The notes: generated by a model not told the origin, from the letters alone. Positions 27,683 to 41,864 are shown, numbered from the stretch's first letter. The stretch is DNA of 64,000 nt from Octopus vulgaris (GCA_951406725.2 OX597822.1:89466001-89530000), one strand, 5' to 3'. Numbers and translations: made by a program.

Positions 27683-28532
27683 GATTTTTTTAAAGTAATT
27701 AAAAAACAAATGCTTTCAAAAGGCAATTAACAGTCTTTAACAGAAAACAATAAATTTTACAGTTGCCGCAAGGCAGTATAACAAAGTGTCAACAAAAACG
27801 TTCAAAAAGCAATATCACAACTCACAAAATTTTCATCCAGACGGTAAATCAATGTGGTGTTCGATGAATTGTTACCAGTAGTGGAGCTGAAAGATTTAGA
27901 ACCTTTCATGAGATATTAAAAAGTAAAAAAGCAATTAAAATCGTTTTGTTGAATAAAGAAGGAAAAAAGTAAAATTGTTTCATTAAAAAAAGGGGGAGGA
28001 AACGAGAAAAAACAATAAGATAATAGAACAATTGTAAATAGTTTATATAAACGTTCAAATGGTGCTGCACGGGATTGGGGCCCATGCAGCCATTTCATTT
28101 TTCATTTCTATATAACATCTCATTTTCATTCGTTTTATATTTTTTGCTCCCACTGTGGTGTCTTTGTAGTGTCCCCTATGTGTTGTGGCTGTAGTGCCAA
28201 AATAAAGAAACATTGGCGGAGGTTTGCGCTCTCTGAGTGCTCTTATTCTTATTCTAGTGTCCTTTGTCTTAATCTATCGTTCTGTTAAGTCTATTCTGTT
28301 TTCTAAAAAGACAGAACGACAAAACAGAATAGGAGGCACGTGGAATGGAATGTCGCTGAAAAAGTCACAGGACGTGTGACGAAAGATTTCAGACAAAGGA
28401 CACTAAAATAAGAACAATAATTAAGCTGAAGTGAAGAACGAATATATAGTGCGTGTTTATTTGGTGGGGTGGGGGAGACCATCCCGAAATATAACAAAAA
28501 AAAAATAGAAGAGAAAACAGCCTTCCCACTAA

Positions 28533-28895
28533 TCTCTCTATATATAAAAGGCAAAATGTCTGTGTGTGTGTCCTTTATACAAATCCACAATTTTTCAGTT
28601 AGAGGGATCGCACTTTCTATGGTCATTCAGAACCGTCCAGGGGTGGTCGTGCACATCTTTACATTTCCCCAGTCACCCCGCAAAGCCATTAAAAAATCAA
28701 TAGAAGTGACTTTTTGTGAATTTTCTATCTAAAACCCAATCGAAATGCCCGAAACTTGATACGCCAATTGAATGCCAGCTAGCTGTATGTGATTGATCGG
28801 AGAATTGGACAGTACTCGCGTGTACGTGCGCACGCACGCAGCTGTATATGCATGCACTAGCACTATGACCCGGCGTTACCGTGTCATAGTGCTAG
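28533..28895 (+). mobile_element. Non-autonomous Helitron
   Basis: 5' TCTCTCTATATATAAAAG; 3' hairpin ctagcactatgac...gtcatagtgctag ending in CTAG; inserted between A and T. Confidence 0.85.
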
Positions 28896-29015
28896 TATAA
28901 CAATGAAATAGAAGAACAAATTTTAAAAAGTTGATAGGGAAAAAGCTTAGTTAATCTTTCAACTTCAGAGAGACTAAAGCGATGGAAAAAAAAAAAAGAG
29001 GGGGGCAAGCCATCG

Positions 29016-29186
29016 TTTCTGGTCTCGGAAAAGTTAAACTATTTGTTCGGCAAATTCTGTATAATATTTTTTTTATTTCTCTAATGTTTACTTTTTGTAG
29101 CTGAACCGTGAAAAACCCCGGTCGCAGATACACAGGCATCACATCACATGACCTTTCATTTGCATGAGCGACTTGAACAGTGACAT

Positions 29187-29221
<35 letters not shown>

Positions 29222-29363
29222 TACATACATAAATGTACGTGTTTTGTTTTCACGAATCGCTTGTTTATACGTGTGTGTGTGTGTGTGTGTTTATGCATGT
29301 ATGTATGCATGTATGTATGTATGTATGTATGTATGTATGTATGTATGTATGTATGTATGTATG

Positions 29364-29394
<31 letters not shown>

Positions 29395-29490
29395 GTATAG
29401 GTGTGTGTGTAAGCTGAAAAAGAAAGTAAAGAAATAAAAATGTTTTACGGAACTTCGGAACAAATAGTTTTACTTTTCTGAAACCAAAGA
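29016..29490. mobile_element. MITE-like element with internal (CA)n/(TATG)n
   Basis: About 35-bp imperfect inverted ends (ggaaaagttaaactatttgttc / gaacaaatagttttacttttc). Confidence 0.55.
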
Positions 29491-30003
29491 ATAAAATTGG
29501 GGAAAATAATTGTTTTTATTTTGTCAACGGTAAAATAAGTTGTAATTGTCTTGGGTGTTGTTGTGGGATTATAAAACTGAGAAAATAAAATATAGTTACG
29601 AAATAAGTTGAATATTGTTTAATCATCGAAGATAAACATAATTTTGGAAGGTATGTTCAACAATTGACAAGAGACTAACTACAAACATTTGATATCGCAG
29701 CAAGGCTAAAGTTTAAACTGTTTTAAGTACAGCAAAAACAATACAGCCCAAGTTATCCCAAAACGAGCAGATCTATCTATGGTCAGTGGCAAGATCCCAA
29801 CCTTTTTTTAATGTGTAAGGCTACAATATTTAATGTTTGCGTAACTTTCTGTAGATGGTAAAGTCGCAAATGACTGCTATTTCTAGCATTTGGAGCAACC
29901 ATATAGAGTTTGCTTTGTTTATTCAGTGAGTCACCAATCCCGTTGGTTGTATTTGAGTTGTGTACTTTGATATTGACAATAAACTCACTGGAAAATTTCG
30001 ACG

Positions 30004-30102
30004 ATGGCAAGTAGTGGTTGCCATCCGTGTGTGGATTTTCTTAATAAAGACGAACTTTTGGAAACACTCCAAAGACCAGAATATGATTCCGTTTGGAATT
30101 CA
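30004..30102 (+). CDS. Methylthioribose kinase-like gene, coding exon 1
   Basis: ACGATGG start context; MASSGCHPCVDFLNKDELLETLQRPEYDSVWNS; donor CA|GTAAGT, phase 0. Confidence 0.7.
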
Positions 30103-30874
30103 GTAAGTCACACTTTTATTTCTTAATATTTCTTTTCTTCATTCTATCATTCACATTCCAATAATCACTAATTAATATCTAAGGAAATGTTATTGACACA
30201 ATCTTTAGGTATGAACCTTTTACTGTCACTAGGTCTGATATTTTGGAGAAGTCGGGGTAGTCGATTACATCGACTTATGTGTGCTTCTGGTACTTATTAA
30301 CATCAACCCCGAAAGACAAAAGTCGACCTCGGTGGAATTCGAACTCAGAACGTAAAACCGGAAGAAATTCTGCTGTGCATTTTGTACGGCATGGAAGCAA
30401 TTGCTCTAAGTTCACATATATATATAAATCCTGCGCGGGATTTAATGATTAAAATGATTCTTCCAATTATTATAATGAGGGTTCGATGGATTTATTTTTT
30501 CCGCAGAATTGTCAAACGAAACAGCTGACCCGATCAGGTACAGCGTTCGGTAAATTCCGTAAAAAAAATTTCATTTGTTTATTTTTGTGGGTGGAAATGG
30601 GCATTTTGTTTGAAGTTATCATAAAGTGAAAGAGAGAGGAAAATGGACATGGACATGTGTATGCGTTGATGGGGGGGGGGGGGCGTGCAAAATACAAAGT
30701 GTCAAAACGAAAGATTGCCAAAAATTTTTAACCCTCACTCTTCGGACCGATTTTGGTCGATTTTGTGGGCACTACGCACGATGATTGGGTGGGGGGCACT
30801 ACGCTCTTAAAAACCATAGGAGAAGCCTTTACGGCAAAAAAAAGTAAATATTTTTAGATAAAAAGCTGTGTGAT

Positions 30875-31116
30875 TAAAGGGAGATTTTGCTGTTGTTTCT
30901 AGCATATCCCATGACCACTGTTCTCGTTTCTTTCTTACTCTAACAAGTATTGATGTTTTTCAATATTTTCTCCCCATTAATAGCATAAACTCATGCTATT
31001 AAAAAATTTTTTTTGAAAATTTGTTTTTATCAACTCTGTTTTTTTTTGAAAATGTGATTTTATCATGACCTTACTGGCCATGAAATATGCTAGAAATAAC
31101 AGCAAAATCTCCCTTT
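30875..31116. mobile_element. MITE with about 40-bp TIRs
   Basis: aaagggagattttgctgttgtttctagcatat / atatgctagaaataacagcaaaatctcccttt. Confidence 0.7.
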
Positions 31117-31469
31117 CCTTCTGGAAACATTTACTAATCTTTTAAAGAAAAGGCTTCTCTTATGGTTTTTAAGTGTGTATTGCCCATAGAATCGGTCTGG
31201 AGAGGGTAATGGAGAGGTGTTGAAAAATTTTCCAAAAATTTTATTTCACTAAAAAGATGCTCCAGATAGGGAACTGTGAAAAAAATCTGAAAAATCCCTC
31301 CAAAACAGAGAAATTCCAACTTATGTGGGTCACTTATCACTGACGTTCACCATCTTTCTCTCTCTCGGGCCTCACGGAGGAAATGACAATAGACCGAGAT
31401 GTCTGGCAATATGAAGTCCTTGAGAAGACCTGCACACATCAGCAAAACTGAGTTCTAGAAGCACTGTGT

Positions 31470-31870
31470 ATCCCACCCATACTTAACAAGAAAACTTCTC
31501 ACACACTCTATCACAACAAACCAAACTACGTCTCTGCATCTCTTCTCATCCTCACATTTCTGCTTCATATACTATGCTTACCTACCACTCCCCAATCCTG
31601 TCCTCTTGGCCCTGTGCCACTGTATCATTGCTCTCTGCTTGCCCCCGACTATATGTTCTGCCCACATGCCCTGACTCACTGTATTATTGCTATCTGTTTA
31701 GCCCCGACCTGTGTGTTCCACCTACACGTAACAAGAAAACTTTTTCATCACCCAACCCCAACAAACCAATCTACATCTCCACATCTCTTTCTCACATTTC
31801 CTCCTTCATGCACTATGCCTAGCTTTTACTCCCCAATCCTGTCCTCACGGCCCTGTTCTTCTGTATCATT
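31470..31870. repeat. About 250-bp direct duplication, CT-rich
   Basis: aacaagaaaactt...ctcacatttc...ctccc(c)aatcctgtcctc...tgtatcattgct at about 31484 and 31730. Confidence 0.65.
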
Positions 31871-31999
31871 GCTATTCAGTAGCACCCTGACTCTATATAT
31901 GCAGGACTTTTGCCACTTGCTAGCACTCTTTAATTACACTTCCTTCACAATATCCTGTCACTTATATTATGGCATTCAAACATCAAGGGTATGCCCTGG

Positions 32000-32439
32000 C
32001 AACGCTCTCTGAGCATCCACCCTCACTACAGACTTGGTCAAATAGGTAGCAGAAGCTATTAAGTACTTCTAGTTTCCCCCACCTGGCATATGATGGAACC
32101 AGTTTTCTGAACATCTGTGGTGTTTGTTACTCCAGTGCATCTGCCACACACAAAAGCTGTCTTCCCAGTTAACCTTCCTTTGATGTTGCTGCACTTCTTA
32201 TGCATTCATAGATTAGACTGGATACAGCTTACGAAGTTTCTACCTACACCTTTTCTACAAACCGAGCAAGGCCATCTACTTGAAGGGGTTTATGATGTGT
32301 TCACCTTCCTACTTACTAGGACTTTAGTTTTTGCAGCATTGACTGAAAGGCCCTTCGATTCTAAACCTTGCTTTCACACCTGAAGTTTCTTCTCTAGTTC
32401 TGGTAGTGATTCTGCTATGAGAGCAAGTTAATCAGCATA
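32000..32439 (-). mobile_element. RTE-like LINE RT fragment with inserted PHD-like finger
   Basis: [39 protein letters not shown]...WPCSVCRKGVGRNFVSCIQSNL*MHKKCSNIKGRL...FVCGRC...LEVLNSFCYL. Confidence 0.8.
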
Positions 32440-32772
<333 letters not shown>

Positions 32773-33175
32773 CACCTATTACCCTCTCGATATCCCGTCA
32801 CTTGCCAGAACTGTCTCTGAACCACCCTCCCACTGGTGCTCCTCCCGTGCTCACCCTCCCACTGGTGCCCATATTTCACCCCACCACCTATGTGTCTATA
32901 TGTACCCTGTATAGTACCGTATAACCACCCTATGGTGCTCCTATATATATAGACCTGGCACCTGTAGGTGGCACGAACACCCACTATCCGGAGTGGTGGC
33001 GTTAGAAGGGCATCCAGCTGTAGAAACACTGCCAGACAGACTGAGCTGGCAGTCCGGCTCCTGACCCGCGAAACGTCAACCCGTGTATTAGTGATGATGA
33101 TGATGATGATATATATATATATATATATATATATTATGTATATATATGTATGTATATATATTATATATATATATG

Positions 33176-33212
<37 letters not shown>

Positions 33213-33244
33213 TTACACATGTACATATACATATATAGAAAATA

Positions 33245-34690
33245 TCATAAAATCAATATTTATATCCTTGAAAATATGTTGATACAACATTATCCAAAAT
33301 TAGTGAAATTCAAATTAAACATCTAAAAAATTACTAGTTTATAAACACTAACAAAGACAATGCCCAAATCAAATTCAACCTAAGACATTCCTTCATTCAG
33401 CCAGTTACAAAAATGTTTTATAAAATTAAAAATAAAAAGTACACATATTATAAAAATAAAAATATAATAAAAAGTACACATATTTAAGAAATGTCAATTT
33501 TGTATTCAACTCTTAGTGAATAAGGATAAATTTAGTATGTCAGTGTAAAGTAATAACTGGAGATTCTAAGTATTATTATATTGGTTCATCTGCTACAGTT
33601 TGGAAATCTAGATTTCATAGTCATTCTCATTCATTTAAGTATGGAAGAAAAAGTAAATTCTACAAATCTTTGTAAATGCATCTGGAATTTAAGAACATTA
33701 AGTATGATTTAAAGTGGTCCGTTATTAGTTATGCACCATTGTACAATATTGGTAATTCTACATGTGAGCTTTGCCTTTATTTCTAAATTAATTTTTATTG
33801 AATTTTAATGGAAACTCTACAATAGGATGTTGCCATAAATTTAGAAAGACATTCAAATATTTCAATTATCAATTACGACAATATTTCATATATTATATAA
33901 TAAGGTTAATTCCTATAAAAGGTTTAATATAATGAGTAAATAGATAACTAATTTTACATTTATGAATTTGTGTTGCAAGATTCCTGATGTAAAACTGTGT
34001 GTTGAAACAGATATTGTTGTATTTTGGGATTGCATTTTTCTTTTTTTGTGACTAGAAAGCATTGCTGAAGAGGTCACAGATGTGTAATGAAAAATTTCCA
34101 GACAATGGACATGAGTTGAAATAAGAGCAGTAATAAATGAGTTAAGAACTAATATATAGTGTGTATGTTTATTTGGCAAAAAAACGAAAACAAAAAAATT
34201 ACCATCCCAAAATACTACAATAGATAACTAATTGTTATGATATAAAGGTTCCAAGGTTCTAGTAATGATAACATAGAATTCTTATCTTTATTTATTATTC
34301 TTTAGTTATCCAGTCACACCACCAGTAGTTGTATACAAAAATAGTTGTTTTTATATTATATTTCTATGTAGATTTCTAATTGTCATAATGTAGAATTCTT
34401 ATGTTTGTTTTTTTTTATTATTTCATCATCCACTTACATCACCAATATTGAGTACACAAATGACTTTTCTTAAATATGTTTGTTTTATTTTTAACATTTT
34501 CATTATCCAATGACATCAACAGTAGTTGAATAAATGAATGTCTTAGGTTGAATTTGAATTAGGTGTTCATTCTGTTAGTGTTTATCAGCTGGTAATTTTT
34601 CAGATATTCAATTTGAATTTCACTAATTTCGGATAGCCTTGATAATGTTGTATTAACATATACTTTTGAGGATATTGATATTGATTTCAT
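33245..34690. repeat. About 155-bp inverted repeats enclosing a Penelope 3' end
   Basis: 33245-33400 is the reverse complement of about 34528-34690. Confidence 0.7.
33490..34220 (+). mobile_element. Penelope-like GIY-YIG endonuclease remnant and 3' terminal repeat
   Basis: NLVCQCKVITGDSKYYYIGSSATVWKSRFHSHSHSFK...LKWSVISYAPLYNIGNSTCELCL; degenerate hammerhead-like CTGATG...GAAAC at 33984-34018. Confidence 0.75.
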
Positions 34691-34765
34691 ATTTTTATAT
34701 ATGTATATAAACATATGTACATGTACGTGTATGTGTGTATATGTATATATATATATATATGTGTG

Positions 34766-34801
<36 letters not shown>

Positions 34802-35008
34802 TGTATATGTGTATGTATATATATATATATGTATGTCTGTATATATATATATGAATTAGAGGTTAAACAGCCATCTAAGGGATAATAGATATCCAATATA
34901 CTACTGGGTATATAATTGACGTTTTTACCACTCCTTACTATATTTATTTTATTAATTTTATTTTATTATTTTATCTTCCTAACATGATAGATTCCTAACT
35001 TTATGGTC

Positions 35009-35151
35009 TCTCTGATGAAGCTTTGGGACTCAATTATTGTCCAACCCTTGTCCAATGTTTCTTCAATCTTTGTACAATCCCTATATATTAATGGTACGAT
35101 ATGGAAAAGTGGGGAAGTTGGACACCCCCAAAGTAGAAACGGCTTTAAAAG
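35009..35151 (+). ncRNA. Hammerhead-ribozyme-like motif with long stem II (degenerate)
   Basis: ctct-CTGATGA-a-gctttggg...gtccaac...gttggac..cccaaagt-a-GAAAC-ggct-tta-aaag; both stem-II pairings are visible. Confidence 0.5.
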
Positions 35152-35373
35152 TTTAGTATTTTTCACGCATTTATTCTTATTCATTTATTTCTATTTATTT
35201 ATTTATTTATTTACTTGTTTATTTATTTTGATTACTTATACATATGATTGTAATCTATATATATATTAATTAATAAAAGATCCAAATGAATGTTTACAGG
35301 CTGATGTTTGTCGATTGATTCTCCTCTCCATTTTCTTATTTGCTTTATATATATCTATGCAGATATATATATG

Positions 35374-35458
<85 letters not shown>

Positions 35459-35459
35459 A

Positions 35460-35770
35460 TCTATATATATAAAACTGAGAATGTGTGTGTGTTTGTCTGT
35501 CTGTCTGTGTGAATCCCTAAAACTTCAGAACTACACAACCAATTTCATTCAAATTTTACACATGCCTTACTTAGGGTCCATGTAGTGTCATGAGCAAAGA
35601 AATTTTTAACTTCTTGCCTAGGGCGAGCCCACAGCAATATCATCTCTTCTCCACTATTTCAGTATTACGTGTCAAAAGTGAAAGAAAAACATCTCTCTAT
35701 TGTAATATCAGATACTTTCACTTTAATACTGAAACTATTAATTAAAGTGAAACTATTATATAACAGGGAT
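35460..35770 (+). mobile_element. Helitron-like 5' fragment
   Basis: TCTATATATATAAAACTGAGAATGTGTG start; related copy on the minus strand at 60180-60402. Confidence 0.6.
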
Positions 35771-38700
35771 GAACTGTAACTGGACATCAATTCTGCTAGA
35801 AGAAGATCCGCTATGGTCTTATATGCTACACCACTGTTTTTAAATTCATACTAATCAAATTTATATTCAATTTTTCACCCTCATTTTAAATTTAAATTTA
35901 CATGTTCATTGTGCAGAATATTCTCAACTCTCTCACAGGGAATGCTAATAGCATTGGTTATTTGATATATAGTAATGGTGAACATGATCAACTCCCACAG
36001 TCTTATTCTATGAATCAGATGAAAATTAAAACATAAATTCACTTACAAGAAATTATCCTTTATTGTAGTTATATAATGTGTGTGTGTGTGTGTGTGTGTC
36101 TGTGTGTGTGTGTGTGTGTACACACACACATGTATATATGGCATCTGGATTAAGGGTGTCGTTTTCTATATATATTTTTTATTTATTTTATATATATTTC
36201 CATTATATATTTTTAAATATTTTTTTATATATTTTTTAATATTTTTTTATATATTTTTATAATTTTTTATATAATTGGTGAAAGTTTAGTGACTTATAAT
36301 ATCAATGGTGTTACTACTGTGAAAATTGAACATGTTTCCAAATGTATTTGTCCCTTAATATTGTTGTTGAAATTTTATTTATTTACCCCTGTTTTTGTAA
36401 TGCTGTGATCATAGATATTTGACTCATGACCAGCAATGATCATTTCATCTTATCTTTTCAGATAGTGAGTGCAATTTAGATTACATTATTCAGTGTAACC
36501 TTCTTTTGTAAACAGTAGAGTGTGGTTTGTGAGAGATTCAACTACTATTTCTAGATTATGCCACAGTTTTGATTCCAACCTTTCTTTAATTGCAGTTTGT
36601 CTTCCTGCAAAAGGTAAAAACAGGGTGTGTGTTTGTGTTAGAATGTGAAGAAAACAGTGAAAAATGTCAAACATTTCAGTTGTATGTATTCAGAACACCC
36701 ATTTAATACTAGGAAAACAACATTTTACCTGATTTGTTTGTAGACAACTTAAAGGATATTATCAAAAGGTCCAGTACAGGGAAACATAGCCTCCTAGTGC
36801 TACAAGTAGTATTTTGAATTTACTTGTAATCTGTTGCCTATATGTCTGCAATCTCATTAAATAGTTTTTGACTTCATGTTATTTCTATTGTCAATTAACC
36901 CTTTCATGACTATACTTCTAATGACTTCACTGCCAAAATGTTTCAATTGGTTTTCAAAAATAATCAAAATTTTAGAGGAGTTTAGTAAAACATCTATAGT
37001 TTTGTATATTGTTGTATCATACAACATCTAATATCATATTACAATAAGGCTTTGATCTAAATATAAACCCTTTAGTATAGGTGGTCTTGTATTAGAAAGA
37101 TTACTGAAAGGATTTTTGTATGGTTACAATAGAGTTTATGTAAATAAAATATGACATTTTGTAGGATATGCTAAATATTTGGGATTCTGTTTTATAGGAA
37201 CTGGATTGAACAAAAGATAAGAAAAACTTCAGCTTCTAATACAAAGGGATTTCTTTCTTCTTAGTCTGAAATATACATTACTATTTTTCATGTTATGTTG
37301 TGAGTTTTTTCTTCTCTATTCACACACCTTAAAACAATGAAAATACATCAGATTTTTTTGTCTCTTCTTTGTTCTGATGATGCATTCTTGAATATTATAA
37401 ATTTGACTTAATATACCACCAGTTGATATTTCAATACTTTTGTGTAAGCTGTTTGTAGTTTGGCTTCTAGATAAACTAGTTATTCCTGTTATCTATCTAA
37501 CCCCTACCTAAATGTTGTTTGCATACCCTGTTAAACTATGTAAAGATCATGTATTTGTTACAACTAAAGGCTTGTTGTGTACTTTTGGTTTATGCGGCTG
37601 ATACAGTAGAAATAGTTGTATAGAAATGAAGGCTAACTTGGAAATATGTTCCTCAGTTTTGTTTCTATTTTTTGGATCTTTATATACAGGTTGTTAAAAG
37701 TTTGTCAATAATCACGTTGGGTGACAAGAGTAAATATGACCATATTGTAGTAGTGTTATTGATAGTTTTAAGGTGGCTAACTGGCAGAATTGTAAGAGTA
37801 TGAAAAGAATGGCCTCTGGTATTTGTTCCAGGTCTTTGTGTTATGAGTTCAATTCCCACTGGGGTCAGCTTTTCTTTTCATCCCTCTAAGGTTGATAGAA
37901 TAAAGTACTGGAGTCAATGGTATAAACTAAATCCTTCCCCTCAAAATTGCCAGCCTTGTGTCTAAATTAGAAACTATTAGCATTGTTTAACTCTAAGTCA
38001 CCCTTAATCAACAGTAGATATAATCATAGGCTTTCCCATCTTTTGTATTTAGGACAAAATTTTTTTTTAGGGCAACATTACTTATTATACTCTTAGCATT
38101 TTTCAAGATGGTAGAGTCTGATTTAAACGAGATCTGGCTGCTAAATGTTACAAATCAAGACTCCTTCGTTGGTTCAAGTGTAGCTGTGCTGTATCATTTA
38201 TGCTTCAAAAATTACAACTTATTCTAATATTTGCATTTCTTAATCTATGCAATACCAACCACATGATATTGCATAGATAAAGCAGTATTGATATTTCTTG
38301 ATTAGCGCTGTTGTTATTGTTTTCCAAGTAATCTTTGACCCAGTAGATATAACATTATCACTATCTTTATCTCATTTTTCCAGATACTGTATCTGAAGAA
38401 CCATACTATCCAATATCTCCTTTCCTTTTCAAAATGGGAGGGTGGGAGTTGAGGGAGACATGACTACTATTTTTAACAGGTCTAGTAACTACTTGAAGAT
38501 TTTTATTGCTGTAATTTCTTTTCTTTGCTACATAAGACTGATTTATGGAAAATAAAAAGCAAAATAAATCATTCTTCAATTATACCAAAAACCTCCCATC
38601 TCCTGCTTGGAAAGTTTCAACTCCTCATTGGAAGTATTGGTATTGGAAATCATTATATTCACTTTCTACCATTCTTTAATGAGAACGCAACACCAAATAG

Positions 38701-39927
38701 TCAGATTGATGCTGTTCATTTAGAAGGGATGATGAAATTATATTACAGTTGTTGTCATTATTTTAAATTATTGTTGTTTTAACATTGGTGCCTTTATACT
38801 GGCAATGAAGAATGAATGTTAAAATTATGATGAATCTGTAATACATATTCCAAAATTTGATTTAATTACTGTCTTTTAAAACTTCTTTGGTTTAAGCTTT
38901 ATATTCAGGAATCCACTTTTACCTTTGAGTAAATTCTTATCCTTGCTTTCCATAGATTTCAGAGGATGAAAACATATCATCCCATCTCCACCTCACAGAA
39001 GGGTCACCAGTTTTATTATTAGTTCCTTTGGTTTAACCAGGAGGAAGCAATACATGTATGACATCAGGTCCTCCAAGACTTGTGCAATTGATATGCAGTT
39101 GTTATTCAGTTTGCACAGTGACTGACTACAGGAATACTCTAAGTAAATAAGGAATTCAGGAAGATTGACATTCTAGGGAAGAAAAAGATAAAGTGCTAAG
39201 TGTGAGCCTGGGAGGGGAAAATATAGTATGAATGAGAGATGAGTATATTGATGGGTTTGGGAGGAGGTGGTACACAATCAGTTAGCTCCAAGAACCAGAG
39301 GCCATTATACTATTACTAAATAAGAAGAAATCACATGTGCTGGCTAGAAGTCAATACTGAGTGAATGTCAGTTAGTCAGGATACAGTTTATGAATTTTGT
39401 GTGTGTGGAGTAGTCAGTCCACTGTTGAATTCACTGGGGCTATGTGAAATGTCAGCAACAGGCTGAAATATTTTCTTGCCCCAACAAAGGAGTTAAATTT
39501 ACAAAGTAACACCAGCCAATAGGTCATTGGTCAACTTTTATGTTGCTGCTTTTTCAAATAATGAACAATTCCTCCCGTAAAATATCAAGTATTCTTTACT
39601 GTGCTGGTAAGAAGACACGAATTGCTGACCACATCAACTTGTCAGTACAGTTCTAAGATACTCAGTCATCTACAATCTTCAGAATGTTTACTTTAATAAA
39701 GTGTGCAAACAAGACTGGAGGCATGCAAAGAAATTGGTGTGGAACAACTAGTTTGTCAAGGAGATACAATGTAAACAAATACTATTACCTCTAGCATGAG
39801 AAATGACATGATATTGTTGACTTTGAAAAAACAATTCAGGTAGTAACTATTTTCAATAATTTGAAGAGTTACACTTGTGATTTTTATCAGGGTTTGTGTG
39901 TTTAATCTGCAATGGGGGTAAAATGTA

Positions 39928-40252
39928 TTGGGTCATCCCATAAATAATACAGATTTTTCACTTGCGTAAACTAAAAGTCGGAGTGGGGATGGAATAAACT
40001 ACCTGCATCAACTTGCTATAAAAGTAGATAGTAATTTTATCTTATCCTTATTCTTAGTGCAAATTTTGAAGAGTGCAGTTCAATTTTAACACTTATTTTG
40101 CAAAGCTATAATGGAAATAGTAAAGAAGCATATTCAGCATATTTTGCTTTATGAGTTCAATAAAGGCAACAATGCAATGGAAAGTGCAAGGAATATTAAT
40201 GCAGTATATGGGGATCAGACAACAAGTATAAACCAGTGTCAACGATGGTTCC
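39928..40252 (+). mobile_element. Mariner 5' fragment (TIR + HTH N-terminus)
   Basis: ta-ttgggtcatcccataaataa terminus; MEIVKKHIQHILLYEFNKGNNAMESARNINAVYGDQTTSINQCQRWF from 40111. Confidence 0.8.
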
Positions 40253-40339
40253 GCATTTTGTGTTTGGGTGTCTCTTGAGTTTGCTGCTGATACTTTGTGA
40301 GGGTTTTTAACTCTGTTGTCCTAATGAAATTCCTTACAC

Positions 40340-41510
40340 ACATGCGCAAAGACATTTATATCTCAATGTGTTTAATATAAATGAACCCACAAGATCACAG
40401 ACATTGGCACTATCATATGGCCCCATAGATACATCACATAGTTCATCACTATGCGACTTTTTTACCCATGCTAATCTTTTACTGAACAATAGTGTTTTCT
40501 TCACCTGCCTGATAAAATCTAGGTCCATAGGGTCAATATCAACATATGATTTTGCAAATTCAATAGCTTTATCAAGCAATGATCTAGATTTAGAGGGATA
40601 AAAGTCTATAATATCAACCTGGGTAAATTTAGCCTTATTCTTATTCTTGATATTCTTAAACCAATCTATTACAGTAAAACTACTATTCCATTGTTGAAGC
40701 CCAGTAATTTCCCTAATTCTAATATTAATATTTCTAAGTATTTTTTTAGCTACTAGCTCAGTTTCAGATCTCACTGAGTTTAACAATCTACAAGTAGGAT
40801 TATCATGAAAATTGGGCTTATGGTCTTTTAAAGTAATAAATGCCTCTCTCTTAGCTAAACATTCTAATCTATCATCAATATTACTACGTTTAGTGAGGAA
40901 TTTAATTTTATCATTGATATCTCTCTACATTAGCTTTCTTATATTTAGAGGAAATGATGTCTTTTAGCAACTTATCATAAGTAACTTCATATAGGTTGTT
41001 AGTCTTATCTGAAAATATGACCTTTTTAGAACTTCTAAAGTTTTTGATATCAGATTTCATTTTAATTTGAAAGGAGATATGGTATTTACAAAATTGGTAA
41101 CTAAATTAAAGAGGTCAGACTCAAAGGGGACTAGATCTTTAACAATAGGAGAGAATTTATGTATCTTTAAATCATAATGTTCTCTATATGAGGGAGATAA
41201 TCTGGAATAAAAAATATAAAGCTTTCCATATCATCCATTTCACGAGATCTTCAACTTTCTCAAGTAGCATCCTGAGATATAGTTTATTTGGTGGTGTAGG
41301 TGTATTCTTAGTAGAGTAATCCATGTGGTATAAATCCATAATAGTGTGTAACTTGGCTGAATCTTTAGAGTCACTCAGCTTAACAAAGCAATCACTCCAG
41401 TTATATGGCAGTTATGAATTTGCAGTGAAAAGCCAATGCCAGGAGATATACAGTGCACTGATCCATAATAGAAAATTCAACAAAAAAAGTACTCAATCTG
41501 GTGAGAAATA
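40340..41510 (-). mobile_element. Penelope-like retroelement, 5' half with partial RT
   Basis: MDYSTKNTPTPPNKLY... from 41324; FITLKDHKPNF..PTCRLLN, QWNSSFTVIDWF, DIIDFYPS, DVSMGPYDSANVCDLVG. Confidence 0.85.
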
Positions 41511-41777
41511 AATATTATTCTATTTTCCCCTCTAGGCTCTGTTTGATATTAATATCAGTCATTCACTTTCACTTTTATTCTTTAATACTGCTGGTCTGAA
41601 AAAGTGCACCCAGTACACTCTGAAAAGTGATACGTGTCTGGAAGGGCATCTAACCTTAGAAACCAAGTCACAATTGGTTGATTTCTAAGATATGGTCTTC
41701 TACCCAATCTAGGAGTGCAGCAACAATAGGTTCAACCTATGTTGGCATGGCGAGGAAACATAATGATGATGATATGA

Positions 41778-41864
<87 letters not shown>

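Larger units (their letters stand above)
23716..27850 (-). mobile_element. Tx1/L1-clade LINE, decayed, 3'-truncated
   Basis: ORF1 fragments, then APE endonuclease, then RT, in order on the minus strand with many frameshifts. Confidence 0.9.

Noticed and set aside
37198-39840. Possible acceptors at 37197, 38955 and 39682
   Set aside because: Stops in the usable frames or no donor; no recognisable homology.
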